Shown: piece by piece, positions 55,147 through 64,000 of the stretch | How the letters are laid out: the number at the start of each line of letters is the position of its first letter | Position numbering within the stretch: the stretch's first letter is position 1 | Assembly (NCBI GenBank): GCA_964016885.1 | Contig: OZ024742.1 | Coordinates: forward strand, 4,402,001 to 4,466,000 | Reading direction: 5' to 3' | Length of the DNA stretch: 64,000 nt | Source: Eledone cirrhosa | Lineage: Eukaryota | Program-made: the position numbers and the translations under genes | The notes under the pieces: model-generated | The model's input: only the letters and a program-made list of their open reading frames with translations | What the model was told of the DNA's origin: nothing | Databases searched by the model: none

Positions 55147-55790
55147 GAAAGAGTTTTTGGGGTTAAATCCACATCAAGGTTCATTGCTCGCAAAAATATC
55201 TTGTTTTGATTTTGCAGCAGGTTAAGAGAGGTAACTCTGGCCGGTGTTAGGGCAGTCTTTCCCGGACAATTTTTTTTTTTTTTTTGCCGCATCTGTTTGT
55301 CTGAACTTGGGTCTGGTATGCAAAGATAGTTTCCTGGGTGTTATTTTGCAGCGCCTGCCCGCCGGGGTGTTAAGGCTTGTTGCAGGGAGATCCGGTGTAC
55401 GGTTTCACTCCTCATCCTTAACCCATCTGAAGAAGTTGTACACATCGCTTAAAAATAACCTTCTTCAGATGGGTTAAGGATGAGGAGTGAAACCGTACAC
55501 CGGATCTCCCTGTAACACCGGCCAGAGTTACCTCCCTTAACCTGCTGCAAAATCAAAACAAGATATTTTTGCGAGCAATGAACCTTGAGGTGGATTTAAC
55601 CCCAAAAACTCTTTCCGAGCAATATAAGGAACACTTGTGATTATTTATGCCCTTGAGAAGCCCAACTGGGCGAAACGTACGTAGGTGCTGTTTTAAATAA
55701 ACATGTTTTAACGGTCTATTCTCCGATTTTTTACTTTCCCACGTGCTTACGCTCTGCTAACTCTCCAGCCCACTAAATATTAACGCTTCG
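55147..55790 (+). mobile_element. Fold-back element (family H): long inverted repeat followed by hammerhead and AATAAA
   Basis: Left arm 55147-55435, right arm 55460-55615; segment 55250-55382 is present only in the left arm. Right end approximate. Confidence 0.8.
55649..55688 (+). ncRNA. Minimal type I hammerhead motif, U3-A8 core variant (family H)
   Basis: gccc UUGAGAA gccc-aacu-gggc GAAAC guac GUA ggugc; AATAAA at 55696. Confidence 0.7.
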
Positions 55791-55908
55791 AATATTTAAT
55801 ACTGCCGGCACTAGTATCGAGCACCTTTGGCATACGCTACTTTGCAAATAACTATATGTATCACCTCTTTTTTCTCTTTCTCGATACGTAAATACTTTAT
55901 TATATATG

Positions 55909-56007
<99 letters not shown>

Positions 56008-56157
56008 ATACATACATATATATATATATATCATATATATTGTATATATATATCATATAGATATATATATATCATATATATATATATATATTGGGCTACT
56101 CAGCCGTTAATATGCATAAGGTAAGTATATACGTTCAACAATCTGGCAGGAAGGTAT

Positions 56158-56200
56158 ACGTTGCTGACGATAGCTAATAAGCATGAAACTAGTACAGCGT
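56158..56200 (+). ncRNA. Minimal type I hammerhead motif, canonical core (family I)
   Basis: acguug CUGACGA ua-gcu-aaua-agc-au GAAAC ua GUA cagcgu; 6-bp stem I; ACUAGU palindrome in stem III. Confidence 0.78.
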
Positions 56201-56459
56201 TCCTTTGTCAGTGTTGAAGAAACGAGCAACGATGGTTGCTAGACACTACGGCTTAATACGGGATGTTTGTTTACAAACACACCGACCATTATAATAAATG
56301 TTCGGTGAATCCGTACGTATATATATATGTGTGCATGTATGTATATATATATACATACTACTGTACGTCTGTATACATATATGTATGTACGTGTACGTAC
56401 TTATATTTAAGTAACAGCCGTACTAAGAGTGGGAAATGAAATTTCGTTTCATTTTTTCT

Positions 56460-57036
<577 letters not shown>

Positions 57037-57038
<2 letters not shown>

Positions 57039-57212
57039 CGAAGGAAATGTGGTAAGGAACCAGGTGGACCATAACGCACCAAAGTACTGAATACTTAGGG
57101 TAGTAGAGTGGGTAATAGGAACCAGTAAGACCCCGACGGCTGAGCTCAAGCCGTTTCGACGGCTAACTCTCCGTCGAAACGGCTTGAGCTCAGCCGTCGG
57201 GGTCTTACTGAT

Positions 57213-57215
<3 letters not shown>
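57037..57215 (-). mobile_element. Family B remnant with perfect 40-bp inverted repeat containing the hammerhead 3' half
   Basis: 57123-57162 and 57171-57210 are exact reverse complements (GAAAcggcttgagctcagccGTCggggt). Confidence 0.85.
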
Positions 57216-57262
<47 letters not shown>

Positions 57263-57267
<5 letters not shown>

Positions 57268-58250
57268 AAGTGTTAAAACGATCAAATTTTACTTTAGAAC
57301 ATTTATTTGGTGACAATTGTTTCTTCCAGATGGAAGTCTGGTTTCATCGGAGCATTGGGAATGTCGAAACATATGACTAAAATCCTAGTCATTCAGAACA
57401 TTTAGGGTACATAATTGTTGTTAGTGTCGTAGACATCATGTGGAGAATCAGGAGTTAAAAAGATGTTATGCTTGAGAGAACACAATTACAGGCAGTATTG
57501 ATTGAAAGTGTAAGAGGTATAAGCAAAAAGTACAGGCAAGTTATAAGCAAGGAAAAGTGTGGGATAGGATAGACATAAGATATAAGATATAAGATATCTT
57601 AACATTGGAGAACAGTTAATGTTATGGATGTACAATACAGGTGTCAATACAGTCAATAAGGTATGTATGAGGAAAGAATTATAATGGATTTGAAATAAAC
57701 ATTTTTGTGTGGGGTGTTAAAGCATGTTATAATTGTTAGAAATGTTTAAGATAGCTTGAAATTTGTTAGAGAGGCACGTGGTGATAATGTCGGTATTTGT
57801 TATGTGAGGTGTAATACAAAGCACGTGAAAGAGTTGGATAGGTGATTTTTATTCAAGTCTTTGTCTGTTGTAGTTCGTATGTATGTCTATATGTTGTTTG
57901 TAACTCACAGCTATTAACCATGGGATTATTTTGAGTCGTTTATAGTCAATAGTTGTTTGTTTGTTAAATGTAAATTCCACCGAATTACTGGCCATGTTGT
58001 TATTGTAGGTATATTATGTTATGCATTTTTATCTACAAGTTATCTTTTCTAGGGTTTGTATTAACCGATGATTCCAGACTTCCCTCTGGAAGAAACAATT
58101 GTCAACAAATAAATTTTCTAAACTAAAATTTGATCGTTTTAACACTTTGTATCTCGGCTCTGTAAAACACTTGAAATTTTGCATTGATTCTTTTGTCACC
58201 GGCTAGTACTTAGTACTATCCTCCATATTTATTATCGTATTAAACATATA
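57263..58250. mobile_element. Family G element with ~88-bp inverted arms ~715 bp apart, each with a CCGAUGA hammerhead motif
   Basis: 57263-57350 vs 58065-58152. The sequence 5' of the left-arm ribozyme (57355-57425, minus strand) aligns with 54478-54552. Confidence 0.8.
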
Positions 58251-58552
58251 TAAATATAAAAATTCTTAATACTATATATATATATATGAAAAAAATGGCG
58301 TGCTGCGTGGTTGCAAATGGGTTACATATAAATAAAATTAGTCCTTCATCAGTGATCTTCCAGCCTTCATTGGTATTTCATCGCTTTAAAGATCATATAC
58401 CTCTGGCTGGTGCGAGCAACGGCTAAAGAAAGTCGTTGGGTCACGTAATTATGGGGAACGAGCGAGACAGTAAACAAACAAACAAATATGGTAATGCAAC
58501 GAAAAGTGAGGAAGAAGGAGTCAAGTCCCTGAAATCGATGAACATAAGTTTG

Positions 58553-59129
58553 GAAAAGCTTTTTTCTTAGAGCTATTTAATTGTAAGAGACTACCCTGAG
58601 TTCTTAACTCAATATATATTTGACGGCTCCATCATGTAGAGCTAATTTTATTGTCCTGTCAGCCAGGCTGCTATTTTTAGCGGCAGGGAATTTCGAGACA
58701 AGCTGGGTTACAAATGACAGGTGCGATAATTAATATCGTACACAATTCATTCTCTAATATTTTTAGAAGGAAAGGATCACTAATTTCTCAACAACTACTG
58801 ATGAACAGAGAAACGTGAGAACTTTACTTAATAAGTCGTTGTGAAACAGTCTCCAACACTGTCTAGTTGTTACCAGACATTTTTGCCCAATATAGGTATG
58901 TTATTTTTCTTAATTTTTCTTAATTTATTATTTAAAGTTAAGGATAACAAACTATATTGCTGTAGTTAGTATTTTTTCATCCTTGAAAATTTGGTCCTTA
59001 CGATTCGAACACATGTATGTTTATATTAGTGTTCATCTTTCTTGTTTATTCAATTATATTGTACGGCTCCGAAAAGCTTTTTTCTTAGAGCTATTTAATT
59101 GTAAGAGACTACCCTGAATTCTTAACTCA

Positions 59130-59136
<7 letters not shown>
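58553..59136 (+). repeat. ~65-bp direct repeat (58553-58618, 59071-59136), period 518, second copy abutting (TA)n
   Basis: gaaaagcttttttcttagagctatttaattgtaagagactaccctga.ttcttaactcaatatata occurs twice. Confidence 0.88.
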
Positions 59137-59168
<32 letters not shown>

Positions 59169-59548
59169 GACTAGTTGCTGTGAGGCTAAAAGTTTAATGT
59201 GTTGCCACATATCTCTTATTTTTTTCCATCGTATCAGGAGGAACGTATTAAGCGTATTAAAAGATTTATGGCAAGACATATATTGTTCGCTATATCTTCG
59301 TTTCTTTTTCTATTTGTCATCTTCATATTATCTCACCTTCTTCCCGTCCCCAGGCGCCCCCCACGGACACCTATACATACATATAGATATAAATATACAC
59401 TCACATAGTTGGTGCTTCCATTAACTCCATTCTACCACCTTCTCTTTCACTCACTCTCTATCTTGCCATACGCTCTCTTTCTCTTCCTACATGTTTACCT
59501 CTTTACATATCAAATATTCATATATATTATATATGTTTACATACGTAT

Positions 59549-59614
<66 letters not shown>

Positions 59615-59641
59615 TGAGAGAGAGAGTGAGAGAGAGAGAGG

Positions 59642-59693
<52 letters not shown>

Positions 59694-60141
59694 TGTATGT
59701 ATGTTTTTGCATTTGTGTATGCATATATATCCATATATATACATACAATGTATGTGTGTGTATGTGTGTACATACATATATACATATCCGTGTGTAGAAT
59801 ATATATGTTACGTGTTACGTCTTTGTATGTTTGTGTTTGATTTTGTGTTTGATTTTGGTGTGTACATATACATATATAGATATTCTTTTTTTATTCTTAG
59901 CTAAAAACCTCTCCAGAGAATACCCCATCTTTGTTTAATAGTGATTTACTTGTTCGGTAATCAATGGCTCGAATATTCCTTCTAGACATTTTATTGTGGT
60001 CTTTCAAACTATTGATTCTCAAACTATTCAGTCGCAAATATGTCTGTGAAATTAGAGATTTCGCTTGAAAATCACCTGATTCCGGGTTCCCTTCCACATC
60101 ATGGTACCATTGGCAAATATCTAATTCTAGAAACTCCCATC

Positions 60142-60188
<47 letters not shown>

Positions 60189-60191
<3 letters not shown>

Positions 60192-60250
60192 TCATCATCA
60201 TCATCATCACCGTTTTACGTCCGTTCTTCCACGCTAGCATGGGTTAGACG

Positions 60251-60252
<2 letters not shown>
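60189..60252 (-). mobile_element. Very short 3' tail of an RTE-type retroposon with (TGA)n tail
   Basis: (CAT)n followed by cgttttacgtccgttcttccacgctagcatgggttagacgg, inside (TA)n; family assignment from memory. Confidence 0.45.
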
Positions 60253-60295
<43 letters not shown>

Positions 60296-60298
<3 letters not shown>

Positions 60299-60388
60299 GG
60301 AGGAGTTGTGGTAAGGAACCAGATGGACCATAACGCACCAGAGTACTCAATACTTAGAGTAGTAGAGTGGGTAATACTTTCTCCTATA
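60296..60388 (-). mobile_element. Shortest family B remnant (terminal ~80 bp)
   Basis: Matches 57037-57117; followed by ctttctccta, a tiny inverted continuation. Confidence 0.8.
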
Positions 60389-61115
60389 TATGTATATATA
60401 CATAAAGAGTGATGCGCTCATTTACGGAGATGTTATTGAATAGCTTATAAAATAGTGTGAAGACCCTGAGAGGCCAAAAAAGATGTTGCCATTAACTGCG
60501 TGTTCTATTTCAAAACAAGTCCACATATGAGAGCACCACTCTTTATATTAACTTTATCCCCTCAGCGTTTCGTAAAAGTCCGATATATATATATATACGT
60601 ATATGTTTCATGATTTCGATGTCGAAAAATATATTTAAAATATAGTAGCGAGGTTGGTTCATCGTTGGTCTCTCTTATCACGTCCTCTGCAGCTACTCCC
60701 CTTGGAGCGGGGTGGACTCACCCCAGTTAAAATACCCACAGAGCACATGTATGCGAGCCGTATACCTACGACTCCATCAGGGCATAAGGTCCTTTATATC
60801 GACTTATATATACCCATAATAGAGTAAAAGAATGTAAAATCAGCCTCAGACTCTCCTTTATACCAATGCAGATTTTGTCTCTCCCCGTTATCTTCTACCA
60901 GGTCTTCTTTCTATTTCGTGATATTTGACTCTTAAAAGTTTTATCGCAAAGAAAATTACCTAGAAAAATATAAATTGAAGATGTATCTCTCTCTATATAT
61001 ATATATACACCAACACCATCATAAGTTAAAGATAGATTTGTCTGCTACCAAAGGTTATTTTTATGCTTATCTGTGTGTAGTGTGGTTGATTATTTGATAT
61101 ATTTGTATATATGTG

Positions 61116-61239
<124 letters not shown>

Positions 61240-61526
61240 TGTGTGTGTATGCGTGTGTGTGTAGTGTTATTATTTGTCCATGGTTAAGGTTAATTGTTGA
61301 AACAAATAAAACAAACAGACACAAAGAATTGTTGATTTTATTGTCTCAGCAGCACCTCAAAAGCTAAAAGTGAAAAACATATATAATAGACATCTTTCTT
61401 TCCTGTGTATTTTCCTAAAAACATTTTATTGGGATTTAGCAAGAAAAATAGTTAAGAAAGTTTGCGTTAAATCATTATTGGCGGCTGCAGTATATTCTCT
61501 ATACACAGGCGAAGGCCTGTCCACAC

Positions 61527-61601
<75 letters not shown>

Positions 61602-61687
61602 GTAGGTCCCGGGTTGACTCGGGGATAACCACAGTAAGTAAGGTCCTCAATACATGGCAGAGTAAGATATATTTATTGTATAGAAGG

Positions 61688-61738
61688 AGCTTCTACAGGA
61701 CTAGAACTGTTTCATTCAGATGAAATCTTCAGGAAGCT
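61688..61738 (-). ncRNA. Type I hammerhead motif, canonical core (family A)
   Basis: agcuuc CUGAAGA u-uuc-aucu-gaa-u GAAA cag-uucuaguc-cug UA gaagcu; perfect 6-bp stem I; GUA triplet. Confidence 0.8.
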
Positions 61739-62334
61739 GGGTGTCATATTTACTTCTGGTATTTATACATTTAGGTAGTGGTAAGGGATGGGGGGCTGGG
61801 GGGGGGGGTAGGTTGGTATTTAGATACACAGGACCATAACATGGCACAGACCGTTTTTTCTTTGGGGAGGGGTCAATTAGCCGGAGTGCTTTTGTAAAAT
61901 AAAAATAAAAAGAAAAGAAAAAGAAACAGAAAAAGAAAAAGAAGAATTAAATAAATAAATAAATAAATGAATAAATATGTAAATAAATAAATAAAAATAA
62001 ATAAACACCCCAAGAATAGTAATTCAACAGATATATAGTAGGGAAATTTTTTTAGGTGGGTTGGTATTAGAAGATAAACAAGACCGATCATGGCACAGAC
62101 CATTGTTCTATGGTGAGTGGTCAAGTTAACATACAAGCTACAGGTGGCCAGAGTGTTTTTGTAGAATGAAAAGAATAAAATATATTTACATACTCACAAC
62201 CACATACATAAACACTTACACACATATATATGTATATCTATACATATATATATATATATATACACACACAAAAAAAGCAAAAAAGCACATACACACACAT
62301 ATACACACACACGCATACACATATACACACATAC

Positions 62335-62514
<180 letters not shown>

Positions 62515-62604
62515 GTATGTATGTCTCTCGGTATAAACTATTCTATACATACATATACATACATATACACACACATACATACACATACATACACACATAC
62601 AAAC

Positions 62605-62723
<119 letters not shown>

Positions 62724-63328
62724 TATATACATATATACACATACACACATACAAATACATACACATATACACATATACACATATACACATACACGCACTC
62801 GTTCACACACATATATGTATCTATATATATATTGGGAAAAAGTAGTGGGACAAATTATAAATTGAGCCTGATAAAAGATTAAAATATTTATTATCACTAC
62901 TAAATTATTAATATTATCATCAAGTAAATAATTATTATTTATTATTTACCATTCACTATTTATTACCTATCTTTTATCTTTTATCTATTCATTATTTAAT
63001 CATTCACCTATTAAATAATAAATAAATGAATTAACTAACAAACAAACAAACAAACAGATAAACAAATAAACAAATAAATAAATAAATAAATAAATAAATA
63101 AATACATAAATAAATCTCGGACGTGTGCGTGCAGCAGTTGATAACTGCACGAATGCAAGCATGAGCAGATGTATACGTGAATGTGTGTGTGCGGCCACGG
63201 AACCTTACTCAGAAGCATACAACACAATATAATGACCTGGAGGGGAGGAAAGAAAGTAATAATGAGAGATGGAGGGACGGAAGTGGGATGGGGGGACGGG
63301 GTGGGGTGGTGATATGGGGGGGGGGGGG

Positions 63329-63950
63329 TCAATCGGGAGGCCGGGTGGGTCTGTAGTTTTTGTAATTTGCATAGTTCTTGTGCATGCAATTAGGGGAGTG
63401 TTCTGAGATCTTGTTGAGGAGAGGGCCTTTGGCGAATAGAATCTCATAGCTCTCGGAGATACAGAGGTCACATAAATTATGGCCTCCCGTGTAAGATCGC
63501 GCTCTCTGGAGTAGTCTCCATTGGGTCTTGGAAGGGATGGAGTTCCTTTTAAGGTGCCAGATGTGGGCGGCGAGTGTTGTTTGGTTAGATTTGTCTGGGC
63601 GCCGGAACGAATGTGTGTGGGCGTACCAGCGAGTCTTAAAACTGTTAGAAGTCATCCCGATGTACGAGTTTCTTTTTTCATCGGGGCCTGAGAGTACATC
63701 GCATATATAGACGAGATCTTTTTTTAGACAGTTGTTGTTGAGGGGGCAAGTAGTCTTATCAGGGCAATTGCAATTGCCATCGGTTGCTGGATGGGCTTCG
63801 GAAAAAGTAGACTTATTTAGCTTATTGACGTTATTGTTGGCTAAGTTCCTAGCTAGATTAGGTGTGGTAGAGTAGGAGAGTCTGATGGTATTCTTATTAA
63901 GGATTTATAGTACCTATGTTGGGTGGGGAAGTGTTTTTGTAAGAGAGTGA
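63329..63950 (-). pseudogene. PLE GIY-YIG endonuclease domain, 5'-truncated
   Basis: FTLLQKHFP..(frameshift ~63900)..NKNTIRLSYSTTPNL..CNCPDKTTCPLNNNCL..LVY..SYIGMT..FKTRW..H..SF..LAAHIWHLK..CDLCISE..LLNK; colinear with 48885-49503. Confidence 0.92.
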
Positions 63951-63952
63951 AA

Positions 63953-64000
63953 CCTAGACTACGTGCTGCCTCACCCCTCCCACTCTGGAATAGGACATCC
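63953..64000 (+). pseudogene. Start of an inverted PLE RT fragment running off the right edge
   Basis: Plus frame PRLRAASPLPLWNRTS aligns with PEIRSLAPLALWNNSF of the 47381 ORF; only 16 codons visible. Confidence 0.6.

Noticed and set aside
58340-58385. Minus-strand GAAA...CTGATGA (type II-like order)
   Set aside because: No pairable stems.
60445-60790. Two further hammerhead-like fragments (gtgaaga-ccctgagagg; minus ctgatg-gagtcgta/tacggctc)
   Set aside because: Too many core substitutions to support.

Overview
Eukaryotic (animal) non-genic DNA, most likely a coleoid cephalopod such as Octopus; this is inferred from the tRNA-derived SINE families and the very dense (TA)n/(CA)n/(GA)n microsatellites. 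Bases 1-26380 are the end of a 48-bp satellite array (44/45/47/40-bp variant monomers) with nested higher-order structure, including a near-identical ~6.8-6.9 kb tandem duplication. Bases 26.4-64 kb are AT-rich, with SINEs, RTE-LINE fragments and microsatellites. They also contain two decayed Penelope-like elements (PLEs; RT + C-terminal GIY-YIG, Naiad-like). The most striking signal is a dense set of type I hammerhead ribozyme motifs, about 9 distinct sequence families and at least 15 full or partial copies. They lie in short inserts between (TA)n tracts, mostly as fold-back (inverted) PLE terminal-repeat remnants. They include two independent U3-A8 core variants, a family with a fixed CCGAUGA core, and covarying palindromic stem-III loops. 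All folds were paired by eye and none is shown to be active. No intact protein-coding gene is supported; nearly all ORF-track entries are repeat artefacts.
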